DNA of 64,000 nt from Lineus longissimus (taxonomy: Eukaryota): assembly GCF_910592395.1 (NCBI RefSeq), contig NC_088308.1, forward strand, positions 1,364,001-1,428,000, in the 5' to 3' direction. The notes below the pieces were generated by a model. It was not told the DNA's origin. It ran no database searches and worked only from the letters and a program-made list of their open reading frames with translations. Shown one piece after another: positions 39,007 through 52,180 of this stretch. The position numbers and the translations under genes are program-made. Numbering within the stretch: position 1 is the stretch's first letter; each line of letters opens with the position of its first letter.

Positions 39007-42000
39007 TCACCGTCGCCTCTTGGATTTGGATTGTTTTAGTCGCTTTTTCGCAGCACCCTGTACAGCAGTACTTTTCAAGTCCTCACCAAGTCGAGATGGA
39101 GTTTTAGCTTTCTTATTTTTTACAGTTTTTGCACCAACACTTTCAACATGTTCAACACAAAGTTCCTCAATATCGTCTTTTTCATTTTCCTCAGATGCGG
39201 GTAAAGTCTTTTGTTTTTTCGGTTTGTTTTGTCTCGTCACGGCCTGATCAGACTCGCAACCCGAATCGTCCACTTCCATTTCCTCTTCAGATGATTCTGA
39301 ACAACTCACTCCTCCCTGAAAGGTCAAGGACTTCATAAGTACAGGGTGTTACTCGGGCCATGGTAAATGTTATCAAACTGATGACCCAGTGTGATTAAGA
39401 AATGGAACACAGGTTATCCAGCATTGGTGAACTTAACTCAATTTTAAAACAGCTTGGCAAATTTCTCAAACCTCTTAAAAACCAAGGCGATCTGTGGAGT
39501 ATTTTACCTGTTTTTGAGTGAGTTCCTCGTCAGATATTTCCAGACTGCTGTCCATCTTTGCAGATCTATCCACGACAAACTGTGGGCTTCCAACCTCCAT
39601 CCTATCCTCAGAAGACCTGTTGATTAATCAGAAATAGTCAGTTGTAGAATTCTGCAGGGACAAGACATGAAAGGCAGGCATTGCACCCCACATGGTTGTG
39701 ACTTTGTCTTCAAAAGACTGATTTGGGATGAATAAAGTTACAATTAAACAGCACAGAATCTCTCCACACAACACGTTAATCACAGTGTTGATTAGTTATG
39801 TTTTTGTAGTTCCGTAGAAACAGGAAGTAGGGGATATCACTCTAAAAGAAGAAGAATATTTGCATGGCGGGAAAAGAAAAGAAAACAAGGAAGAGTTGAC
39901 TTACTCTGGCAGGCTGACTATTTTCATGCACTGTCTTGTATAACCAACAAACGTTGCCTGCTGCTGAAGTCGATTCATTCTCTGGAAATGTCGCTCAGTA
40001 TACGGGATGAGTCCTTCAAGAGTTGACTTGATATTCGGCAGCTCCAGTATCTCCTCTGGCGAGTACTGTTTCAGGACCGTGTTCAAGACAAACTGGGCTT
40101 CATGGCAGTGTTTACTGTTAGTGTTCCACTCAACGGCGAATCTCAGAACGGCATCAATTTGGTCGACCCGTAGCTTTTTCAATGTGATCTCGAGTTGTTG
40201 GTCTCCTTCAGGTTCTCCAAGGATTTCTGAAAAAGAATATTCACCATCAAAATGTAACCAAGGAATGAGCATTACTGCGATGATTTCCAAATCATGGCCG
40301 AGAATTTCATCTGTATATCAGGTATTTTAGATATCTGAGTTCATTGAGAAGAATCCATTTCATGCTCGGGTGAAGATACTAGATCCTGAATCCTCAATGC
40401 ATGTGACTATCCGAGTGAAGTACTTTACCCAAGGCCACAATGAACAAATTTCTGTAGTAAAGAGGCCAAGGCTGAACCCAAGTGCCCCTGAATGTCTCAG
40501 AGTTTTGGCAAGACCAATATCATCTGAGCACTTCTCACAAGAAAATTTGCACCAACTGATGGCTTCAAGGAATGTTGAACAGAAGAAACTTACGTTTTAG
40601 AATGGAGAGTACTCTGAATGGCTGCTCCAGTGTTATGGCAAGACCAATTGCTTTCAGGAACTTCTTCTCATGCAGGAAATTCATCAACTTCTGTTCCCTG
40701 TAAATGACATGAAAGATTAGCAACTACATGAATAACTTAGTCATTGTGATCAGCAATCATCTTTTCAGTCATGTCTACACTGGTACAACTCAGGAATGAG
40801 GACAACTTTCATCTCTCAGCATCAGATCATACTTTGTCCTTTTATGACAAAACTGAATGAAAGTCACATCACTAAATGTGAACCTTGCTTACCTGAGAGA
40901 CTTGTACATGAAGAAAGAGAGAGAAAGCTTTCACTTACTTCAGAATGATATCCTCCTGCTTGGCTCGTACTTCTTCCAAGTCTTCCTCAGTTGTATCCTT
41001 CCAAAGGATAATGTTGGAGTCTGCTCCACCCGTCACCAGCCTGTCCTCACCAGGACTGACTGCCATCGCCCAGATCTTGTCCTCATGCTCGTCCATCGTC
41101 TTCACACATTCATTATTCTTGATGGTCCAGAGTTTGACCAAGCCATCAGAGCCAGTTGAGATGAGCTGCATACCTCTGCTCATGAACGACACTCGCAGCA
41201 CAGATGTCTCATGGCCTTCAAAAGTCTGAAAAAGACAAACATAGAGCAGGGTCCACATTTAGAGTGTATAGGATATCTGGCACGCCACGGATTTACTGAG
41301 ATACAAAGGATGAAACAACATCAAAACGTTGGCCAATCGCAGTGTCTGGTGTCACATTGCCAGGACTTTGGATCTGTATACACAATGACATAACTTATGG
41401 TCAATAACAGCTTATAATCTTCCAAGGAGGAGGACTCCTGGAGTCTTTTGTTTTCACCTTATTTGAAGTTTACATCAGTACTTCCTTCACTGAATCTGGT
41501 CTATCACACAAAATCACACCAAACTCCATAAACTCACCTTGACACAACTGAAATCTGTCAAGGACCATATCTTGATATTTCCATCTCCTGACGACGTTAC
41601 CAAAGCCTGGTCAACTGGAGAGAACTGTACACACCAGATGCCTCGTTTGTGACCACGGAACACTCCCAGGAGAGCCAGGTCCGTCGAGCTCCACAGCTGA
41701 AAGAATAACAAGACAGAACTGTAAACACTAGACACCTTGCTATGTTCAAACACTGGATTTGTCTTGGCTTACTTCAGTCATTGACTTTGCGGACAGTGGC
41801 GAGTGCACTAATGAGGTCTTAACTTCTGCAGTGTTATTCACAAAAGAGATGGCACCTGATAAAGCTGATGTCACCATCAATATTTTGATATCATGCAGAA
41901 GATTGTGCGTTAATCTCACACAATATTTCCCACTCACCTTGGCCAGTTTGTCCTGTGAACCTGTCGCAATAAGTTTGTCATTAGGAGCAACACATATAGA

Positions 42001-45000
42001 GTTGATATCCTTCTCATGAACCTTCTCTGTCATCTTAGGAGAAAGTTGCAGATCACCATCAGTTTCATTAAGAGCCCATAGTTTAAGAGTGAGATCTTCA
42101 CCTCCAGTTACGAGGAAGTTAAGACCAAGTTTTGAGAATGCCACGGCATTGATGGCATGGGTGTGGCCTAGTCCCACGCTGATACACTTCAAGGTGATGT
42201 TGTCAGTATCCACTGACCAAAGGCGCACTGTCTTATCCTGTAAAGAAACAAACGAGATGATATGGATGTGATCCAACGTCCCAAGGAGAGCTGTACGACT
42301 GACATACTATCTTTATCAATCAGAACTACAATGACAAGGCCCCAAATCCCACCCAGTTCAAATTGTTTTAGCACTGACTAATACATAGCAATGTCTCATA
42401 CCTTGGAGCAACTGGCTAGATATTCCCCTTTCTTGTGAACGTCTAAGCACATGACGATATCAGTGTGTCCTTTGAGAATCTGACAAGACCATGTTTTCGT
42501 GTTGAACACCTTGATCAGTTCACTGTTCGTGGCGACAGCCAGGTATTCGTCTTCTTTACCAAGAAACTTCAGGTCCAAGATGTCGTCATTGTAGCCAGCA
42601 AACTGAAACAGATAAGGGATTTGAGTGATTGAAGGGAGTTTTATGGTGATGTCCTTTGAAGGGGGCGAGATTCCAGGTCGCTGGTCTCAGAGTCAGTTCT
42701 GGAGCAGACAGACGACCCAATTAAAATGAGGATCATGAGCTGTGTGCCATGAACAAATGTTCAGGCCAGTCGAAGTACATCCTAGATCAAATCATAACTG
42801 CAGTCAATTAACCAACAAGATTGTCTCAAACGTACGGCTAATAAAGTAGAAACCACATACCTGTTTTTTAAGGAAGAAATCGTCCACATTGTAAAGCAAT
42901 ATGTTATGTTGGAATGTGACCACAGCTAATGTATTCGTCTCTTTGATAAACTGAGCAGACGTGATAGCGTTCTCATTGACTTTCTCTTCTTCTTTCTTGT
43001 CTTCTGTTTCCTCCGTTTCTTCCTCAATCTCTTCGTGTTTCGGTTGAGTAAATACACAACGAGACGTCATGGCATTCCATACCTTCAGGACTCCTGACAG
43101 GATGAGACAAACACATTACTATTTAGATGGTCACATAATGAGTCATTTCACAGTAAATGAGTAAGGAGCAGCGGTGGCGAAGTGTCTCGGACTTTGGTTT
43201 CTCAAATCAGAAAATACGTTTTTGCGATTTTTATTTTCTGTTATCTAGGCTATACCAGAAATCCACATACCTTTTGCACCAGCTGTGATAAAATGGACGC
43301 CACCAGACGAGACGTTCAAAGATGGATAAGCTTTATCTTGCTTCAGCATTATAACGGACTCAACAGACTGAAATATAGCAAAGAGACATACTTTATAAAA
43401 TCAACCTGCTGTTCAATAATTTCAATGCGTTTTGAAGTCTTCCAAAACAGATTGATACAAGTTGTTTCTGAATATTCTTTGTAGTTTTAAACTTGAATAA
43501 CTTTTACAAATTGTTTATTTTCAAAAAGGATATTGAATCAGTTTGACCAATGTATATCAATATAAATCATACTAACCTCATAAACAGGAATGACTTTTTC
43601 TTTCTTCTTGTTTACCAAATCCCACACAATGACAACGTTGTCTCGTCCAGAACTGAAATGTCAAACAAGAGAGCTCAACGAAAAACTTCAAAATAGCCTT
43701 GTGTATTTTTTTGCCTTTTTTGCAAGTCATCACAGTCATTTGCAAAGAGACCTATTGTTTAGGGCCTGGTTATTCAGCAGGGCCAAGAAGTCTATTCATG
43801 GTACCGGTATCTGAAACACTCCAACAAAGACACAAATATTTCACTGACCTCAGAATTGAATGTCCATCCTGTGTGAAGCTGATACTGGTCACCATACTGT
43901 AGTGTCCTTCAAACACGGCCAGGCAGGAACTACTCTGCAAATCCCACATCCGTACTTTATAATCATCAGAGCCAGAGAAGAGCTGAAGTCTGGAGATGTC
44001 CGGATGGAATTCAACAACCCTGGAAAAAGGAGGAAGTCAAATGAATACTTAGCTGGGGGTACCTTGATTTAGCTTTTGACCAGACTGCAGTGAGTTTTGA
44101 AAAATAATTTCAATGCTTTTTTGTTGTTGTTTTCCTCACCTTACGACGCCCACATGACCCTTGAGGTTGTGAGTGACATACTGCTTGATGATGTCCCAGA
44201 CTTTGATGGTGGCATCACTCCCACCAGTTGCAAGCAATGTGGAGGTGCAATCGAATGTCATACTTGTGACAGGCCCCATGTGAATTGCCTGGAACGAAAT
44301 CAGCCAAATGATATTCATAAATGTGGTACTACTGTTGCTGAAGAGATACAGGGCAGGGAAAATGTCACTAACACTGTCACAACGGGCAGCTCCATGAAAC
44401 CAGACAAAGACAGCCAAAGTCATAACCTTGATATGCTTGAGAAGTTGTGACAACCTTCCATCATTAAAGAGGATGTACATTCAATCAAGGATCTTCGATA
44501 CAAGGTAGCTCATTGAAAAAGTTTATTCAGTTTTAAAAACACACCTTACACAATTCCTCCCTCAACTCAAGTATAAAACATACTTTGCAAAGACAACTTT
44601 GTCAAAAACATCCCGCCTACCTTCCATGTTCTCTGAACAATATTTTCTTTCCAGTTGTACTGTCGGAGTAGTGAATTCTGACTGGCAACAACCAGGGCTC
44701 CATCATCAGGACTCAGGGCAAAACAGGTCACCTCAGGGTCCTCCTCCTTCCCGATAGTCTGACACAGTTCTCCAGTTTGTACATCGAGAACCTTCACTAC
44801 CACACCACACACACAGAATAAATGTTCACCAGACTTCGAAAACTGAAAGAAATTGGATTCGAAAAGATTTCAGTAAGTCCTTTTGGATTCCAACTAACTT
44901 AAAATATTATGGCAGGTACATTCTACAAGAGGGTGGGCTGAATGAATGAATACCTTGTGGTTAGTCAGCTTCAAAACCAAGCCTTTGAAATTGAACTGTG

Positions 45001-45444
45001 CCTCATTTGCCTATGCAACGACCGAAGTTTAGTAGCCTCTTCGTCTTGGACCTACTAACTCAAACTGCCTCAAGGCCTTTGACAACATTTACCTGAACTT
45101 TTCCTCCTGTATAAAATGCATCATACTTCTTCGCCACAGATAAACTGAAAAAAAATCACGACACTGATTTAGCCCTACCAAATCTTGGCTACTTAAATTG
45201 AGTCAGGATGTCTGTTTTGCGACACCCTGTATTTTGTAAGATGCAGGCAGCATGCCAATCTGACCATGCGAAATAGTATTTTACGTTCTAAATACAGGCC
45301 CTGCAGAAACAAACTGGTTGGTTTTTCAAGCATTAAACTTAACATATCTTTTGACATTAATATTTTCTAAATCCATAGTCAAATAACTGCATGTGAAGGA
45401 GTAAAAGAGCGCATTTCTTACTTCGTTTTTAAAGTGGAAGCCAT
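39007..45444 (-). CDS. TBL3: Transducin beta-like protein 3 / UTP13 (WD40 SSU processome UTP-B subunit), multi-exon
   Basis: First exon MASTLKT(N) at 45422-45444. WD40 exons ATGGSDATIKVWD, LKGHTDIVMCLDV, HEKDINSICVAPNDKLIATGSQDK, GHKRGIWCVQFSPVDQ and FEGHETSVLRVSF. Utp13 C-domain WNTNSKHCHEAQ and LIPYTERHFQR. Confidence 0.96.
40352..40480 (-). mobile_element. Degraded SINE remnant (CORE/Meta-like domain) in a TBL3 intron
   Basis: Minus strand reads GTGGCCTTGGGTAAAGTACTTCACTC...TTCACCCGAGCATGAAATGG. Confidence 0.45.
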
Positions 45445-45499
45445 GTTTTTGAAGCACGTGTACAACCAGGGAACCTGGGGTCGAGGTTGGGCTTTAGTA

Positions 45500-45612
45500 A
45501 TTTTAGCCAATCAGAAAGCATATGTTATGTTTATGTTTACAATTTGCCCACATGGCTCGGAAAAGCACATGGGCATCGACCGTCAAAAATTTGTGCGAGA
45601 CCTGACGTCACT
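45500..45612. promoter_or_regulatory. Probable TBL3 promoter elements (CCAAT box, CRE)
   Basis: AGCCAATC at ~45506 and perfect TGACGTCA at 45603-45610, lying 60-165 bp upstream of the TBL3 ATG. Confidence 0.45.
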
Positions 45613-47447
45613 CTTGCTGTATCATTATTCGATTATTCCTATTTGAATGGCCTTGCCGCATAAGAGGTGAATGGCACTTTTGAGAACCAAAACTTGGAGA
45701 TGACGTGGACGGGAATATAGCAGCTCAGCAGTTGATTGATGAAAAACTGCTGAATTCATGTGGCTGTCTCCCTCAGTATGCAAGAGAAACAACAAACTTA
45801 ACTCAATCAACAACAACTCAAAACTAATTTTTTACATTCTTTATTGAATTTCAAAGTCAAATTGGTCTTAGCTCTCAGAACTCAAAGGCAGGGTCCACAC
45901 ATGATTCTGGTTGTCATGTCACAGTTCAAATGACTTCATTGGTAACTAGTCACAAGCGTGTCTGTTAATTGACTTAGGCTTGAAATATGACATGAAATGA
46001 CGAGGGTGAAAAGCAAGCTACATGTCATGAATTTTATGTAGCTCTTGTTCATGACACATGACAAGAGACAATATGAACCCTATGTAGACCTGTCCGACAA
46101 GTCTAGATGATGCAATATATACATTATTTGGTGACCCAATATACATGATATGTACAATACATAACTTACTTTCTAAATACATAATTTACAATATCTATCA
46201 CATGCACTGCATCAAGAGTATTATAGTTGTACACTCTATATCCCTGAACTGAGAAAGTGGGAATCCTGAAAGATTGAAAATTCGAAAAGATTGAAAATTT
46301 GAAAAGACCTTTTCCGTCACAAGTCTATCAACTTGATTTACTTCATTTCCTGGTATACGTGATACATGCACAATGTACAATCTTATACTCAGGTTTGTGA
46401 CAAGCTCAACAAATCACTGGGATGTTGTGAAATTTTCACTGTAATCCATTTTTAGTTAGGATGCAATACTAGGATCATCTCTATTCAATATCAACCAATC
46501 CCGATAAGCAGGAAGTACGGTATGTAGCAGTGAGAATAAAGGAACCATTTCCCAGTTCCCTTTCAGAAACAATGACTTACAATACATACAATGTACACAA
46601 GACATCATCACTTAACAATCAAGAGAGATATAGCTTACATAATACACAGATATAATGAACACAAATGGCAGCGGTTGGTCTTATGTTTGGAATTTCCTAA
46701 CAATGAACAGTCTTAGGGTTGGTTATCCTCTCATCTCTCCAGGAAACATAAGTGACTCGGGTGGACTGAGAAGTTGTCAATTCTCTATACAGAAGTATTT
46801 ATGAAAAATGGAATATATTATATATCCAATAGAAGTTATGCTCTCAAGTTAAAACCCAAGCCATAGCAATCCCGATGTAACAACCAGCATCAAAGCCCCT
46901 CATGAGCAGTTCAACACCTCATTCAAAAGCATATCATTCCGCAAAAGAAAAAATAGGCACACCTTTGGATGCACTTGTAGCCAATGAAAGGTAAACCAAC
47001 ACAACATACAGCTTCACACCTCAGACGAAGTTCACCAACTAGGACAAGCATCAAAGCCAATGATGCCCTGGAGACAATGGCCCTATCTTCTTCATCAGTT
47101 GTGTTAAGCCAAGGAAGCTGCCCAAATTTCAAGTGACAGGACTGACATTTCAATCATACCCAACCCCATTCGTAATTGACATGTCCAAAACAAATAAAGA
47201 CTGTGAAATAAAATCAGCTCTGCCCCATCCATCGGCACGGTATTACACAAGGTGAATGTAACATCTTGCCACCTGGTCATCCATGGTTCAGCGCCCATTT
47301 CATAAACACATTTATTAACAGTTATTCCGCCCAGGTAATAGATGGGACTTCGTTGAGTTGACAGTAATCCGAAATTTGTCTATCCACAAGTCCAACGTCA
47401 GCTGAGATTACAAGGACTCCGTTTGAGTACAGCATGATATATCTGGA

Positions 47448-49817
47448 TCAACTTTTTGGCTTGACCATAAAATATATTGCAACGCCAACAATGATTATGA
47501 CTATTGCTCCAATTCCTAGCAAGACGATTCGATTCTGGATAATTCTGAAAAGGAAAATAGTATTTTCAAGTACAATACAGGCTACAGCAAGTAGATGAAT
47601 CAACATCTGTATCGGAGGCGGGGGGGGGGGGGACACATTCCCCTTGGCTGAAAGAAGCAGAGCATGTTCGATACCCCCTCATGTGCATTCTCATTAAAGT
47701 TTGTTTTGATATCTTAAGCATAATAGGAATTATCATAATTTAAGTTGTAAAACTATGTGCAGTCAAGTCAAATACACAAAGTATAAAACTGACAATTGGC
47801 TTTATAACTCATCAAATGCATTTGCCAAAGACGTCATTCCCCAAGCCAATATCAAGGCATCTGTCCAGATTTAGCGAATATCATCAAAGACGAAGCAGAA
47901 ATGTGTGGGATTCTCAATTCTCCTCACCTTTTCATCATACCAGTTAAAACTCTAGAGCTCTTTCCAAGGTGGGCATCTGTTTCTCGTAACTGAAAGGCAG
48001 GACATAGGGTTAATTCACCATCTCAGGAACTTTGGATGCTTTTTCTCCACATGGTTGCCAGAAAAGCGTACAGTATTGGGATTTTTGTTCAACTTTTCAG
48101 TTTCTTTGCCCACATCAGATGAAGTCATGAACAGGGAGATGAGTTACCTCCATGAGTCCATATACTTACTCTATCTCGAGAACGCTGGATCGCTTCTCTT
48201 TGGGATGACAAGTCTTCCAAAATTTGGGCACCAATTTGTTCCGTCTCCAGTCCAATTCTATAACCCTCGTCTAACCGCTTTGACGAGCGTTCAACCCGTT
48301 CAGAGTTATCAAGAAGCCTCTGACGCTGAAAACAAGAAAACATTGTTTTCAGATACACAATTTGAAATAATCAGAATCCACAGTTTTTCAAATGACAGAG
48401 AACAGGCTTCTAAATGGTAGTGTTACTTCTTGGAGACAAGAGGTTTCTTTTTATATTTGACTTGACACAAATATTTTTGGGCATGGAATGTCCTTGCGAA
48501 GTCAGATTCAAAGACTTGAATTAGGTTAATGACTGCACCTGGTCTTCCGAGTAACTGGAGTCATCATGGCCAAGCAGCTCGTCCCTACTCCTCACATCAT
48601 CGCTGAATGTAATCCTTGCTTTCCTCTGAAATAAAGATCACACTAAGTTACTGGTAAAGACTCTTTGTTTTTGCGACCTCTTAGTTCTGGGCTGAGACAC
48701 AGTTCATACCTTTTATACTTGATTCACTGAAGCTGACAGCATCATTTAGATGAAACCGGTAAGGCCCCTGCAACTAATCTGACTATTCTCCCCTGTTGTG
48801 TTATACAATAGGCAAACAACTCTCACATAATTGTCATCGTATCCAGTTCTGATCAATAATTCATTTTAGCCTTGAAATACCTAATTGTATCTCTTAATAT
48901 CGAGCCATGGGTTTATACTTACAAGGTCCTTTTCAAGTTTTGATAACTCTGTCTTGTAACTCTTCAATCTGGTGCTATACTTTTGTCGATCTTTGGGCTG
49001 CAGCTCCCTAATCTCCAAGTCCATCTGCTCAAGCTGAAGGTAGATAAGCACTAAATGACAGACAACTTCGAAACAAATCCAGTTAATTATATGATAAAGA
49101 GCCTGGATCCCAAGCTACCACTTGAAACCTCTACAACTTCTGAGTATTTCTGATCACTGATATCACAACTCAGGTGTTTCAACATTTAGTTTTATACAGT
49201 CAAATCATTCAGCAAAGAGCTCACCATTTTAAATCCTGACAGAACAAGCAATGCTTGCATTTGTTAATTGTTTCAGATATCATAATGAGAGGCACTCTTT
49301 TCTCGTAAATGACGTAAGTAATCCATGAATCACATTCTATTCTATTGCCAGTGGCACTGTCAGCCTCATCTCATGTAGTGATGTACGTAACATTGCAACC
49401 TTCCTTACCAATTCTTTTGTTTCATCAAGAAGCTTTTCAACATTGGCGTTAGCTGCTTGTTTGTCACCTGCGAGGAAAAATTGACAGAAATTTAGGATAT
49501 GATTTACTGTATTACATGTATTTGTGCCAATGCAATGCATTCAGCCATGGACGATAGGACATTACACTGTCTGTGTAGTGTACATTTTGTACAGGCCGGC
49601 CTCCGTGTAAAGTAAAATGACCAGTTTTCGACGTCATTTTAGAACCCTTAAAACGGCAGAAAACATCAATTGTTCTTTACGCAGAAACGTCAACCTTTGA
49701 CGTATGTATCTAACTTTACTCACTTCCACTTAGATTGGGAATTTGACCGATTCTTGATGTTATTTCAGAAGTAATATTGGAGTACTGCTGCTCGTACGAC
49801 TCCATCAAAGACGCCAT
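47448..49817 (-). CDS. VTI1A: Vesicle transport through interaction with t-SNAREs 1A (Qb-SNARE), 7 exons
   Basis: MASLMESYEQQYSNITSEIT; LEQMDLEIREL; RQRLLDNSERVERSSKRLDEGYRIGLETEQIGAQILEDLSSQREAIQRSRDR; LRETDAHLGKSSRVLTGMMKR; C-terminal TM IIQNRIVLLGIGAIVIIIVGVAIYF. Confidence 0.95.
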
Positions 49818-49882
49818 CTTGAAATTTTGCAAAACATTGCTACTTCCGCTTTGGAGCCTCCTTTTCGATCCCACTGGAAACG
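49812..49882. promoter_or_regulatory. Compact bidirectional promoter and non-coding TOP first exon of RPL34
   Basis: YY1-type CGCCATCTT (49812-49820, overlapping the VTI1A ATG), ETS/GABP-type ACTTCCGC (49842-49849), pyrimidine tract CCTCCTTTTC (49857-49866), donor GTAAGG at 49883 and acceptor TAG at 50020-50022. Confidence 0.7.
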
Positions 49883-50026
49883 GTAAGGATCTTTGGGATA
49901 TATACCGATTTAAATCCTCTGCCATCCCCTAAAATACTTGACCGATTTGTCAAATACCTAGATTTATCGATTCACAAATATCTTAACTATGTTTCAGACC
50001 TCTATAATTCTTGTTTTTGTAGCAAA

Positions 50027-51592
50027 ATGGTCCAGAGGCTCACCTTCCGTCGTCGGCTCTCTTACAACACACTTTCCAACAGGAGGAGAATGTACGTAAA
50101 ATACACATAACATGTACACAATCTTCATGTCATATTTTGCATATCGTGTATCGTGTATTTAGCTTCCAGTCCCACAAGTCGTGTTTGCTGTGATCTGATA
50201 TAAGAGATCACGTTATCGAAGAGAGATATATGTTATGTCAGTGATTCTCACTACGTAACGTTATCATACGACACATGCTCCCCCTTCCAGTTCCACCATG
50301 CATGTCCACGATGTCCGGTAACTCTGACTCCGCACTGACTGCATGCTGCTCACTTTTTTGGCTGGGGCGGTAGGCCGGTAGGGGTGTTGTTGTGGCAACG
50401 TGTCCTCGCACCAGTCTGAGCCTGAGGAAGCCATATATGGTATAAACACCCCCATATACATCTGCATTCATGCATGAACTAATGATATTTTCTTCTCTTC
50501 CATACCTGACTCTTTGATGGCCCATTGTGGATCACAGAACCAAGACTCCTGGTGGAAAATTGGTGTACCTTTACAAGAAGAAACTTGGCAGCATCTCAAA
50601 ATGTGGTGACTGCAAAGTGAAACTTCACGGTGTAAGTATAACTAGTACAGACGGACTGAATATAAGAAATGACCTAACAACAGACAATCAATGGAATGAC
50701 CTGTCTGTTGCCACTGCGGTATTGGCCAGTTTGAGGAAGACGGCCACAATACAAAGTTTTCTGTTTGACTTTGACACAACGGATAACGGATGCAACATTA
50801 TTAACAAATTGTCCTGTTTTGTCATCCAGAATTATTCGATGTTCTGAAAGTGAGCTATGTTAAAATTGGACAATTCTTGGTCGACTGGACTAACTGGTCT
50901 TTGTTGTGTAAATTTTGTCTAAAGTGAGTGCTAGAGTTGAAAATGTCCAAATTTCTATTTCAGATCACCCCTGCCCGCCCAAGGGAATTGTCTGCCATGT
51001 CCAAGAGACTGAAACACGTTACCCGGACATATGGAGGATCTCGATGCCACAAGTGTGTCAGAAACAGGTGGGTGTACATTGTGGCAGCTTAACAAAATGT
51101 TGACCTGTCAGTGTCACTCAAAAAATATTGAATAGATAAAATTGTGTTCACCAATACTGGGTGGGGGGAACAACTTAAATGACCTTATTTCGTCATGAGA
51201 CCCAAAGCACCAGTGCCTGTGGAGTGAGAATCTTTCTAGAAGAAAAATAAGACCAGGATGTCTTGATTCGTTGACTGAAACGATCACGATGTCTTGGTCT
51301 CACTTTTCTTCCTGGGGGATTCCTCAGTAAGGAATCTGTGGGTGGTGGGAGTATGGTTTCAGTTTGTTATGTGGGGCCAGCCTTCATGACCTATATAAGA
51401 GAGAATAATAAAGTCTGGGGCAAAGTCACAATAATGAAGGTTAAACTTCATTCTTAGTTTATTTTTGGTGTATTCAAATTACTGACCACCACTCTTCTCC
51501 TTTTCAGGATTGTCCGTGCCTTTTTAATTGAGGAACAGAAGATCGTTGTCCGGGTGTTGAAGGCGCAGATGGCTGCAGAGAAGAGTAAATAA
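50027..51592 (+). CDS. RPL34: 60S ribosomal protein L34 (eL34), 4 coding exons
   Basis: Exons 50027-50091, 50538-50631, 50964-51067 and 51508-51592 give MVQRLTFRRRLSYNTLSNRRRITKTPGGKLVYLYKKK...CGDCKVKLHGITPARP...RTYGGSRCHKCVRNRIVRAFLIEEQKIVVRVLKAQ. Confidence 0.98.
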
Positions 51593-52180
51593 ATGTACAG
51601 TTGTAATTGAAAAAAAAGACAAAAATCTTATACATTTGTTTGGATTTGTTTTGTTACATCTTGCAGGAAAGATGATCTGGTTACAGTGACGCTGTCATTG
51701 CTCCAGATGGACACACCATAAAGAGATTCCAGTTCTCCAATACACTGCATCTTGAGTTGGGAGTCTTCTGATTGAAACAACTGGTACCTAAATAAGAAAG
51801 GTGAATTCACAGTGGAGACAACAGACCTATTTTTGGTCTTCGTCACCAATATATTGTGCTGAAAACTCGGCCAGAAGCTGTCGCGACCTGGAAGGACTGT
51901 TATTGACAGCTTCAACGGCCCCTGACCATTTTTACAGCATTGGCTTTATTATCCCTCGTAAAAACTGCCGCTTATCATATAGTCGACCTACTACGGTACT
52001 TGCAAAGTATTATTGAAAAGAAGACTGTCAGTGATGCATGTATCTTTATTCAATAGCTCAAATATACTGGATAAGCGCCATACAGAAAAATGCGACTGCT
52101 ACAAGGCCATGTGAAAAATGTAACATGCTGTGAACTCAGCCAGGGGCTGTCACAACTTCAAGGAAAGATAATGCAGCATA

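Noticed and set aside
39320..45420. Intronic C/D snoRNAs in TBL3
   Set aside because: A by-eye scan found no RTGATGA...CTGA pair with a terminal stem on the sense strand. An Infernal search could still find divergent ones.
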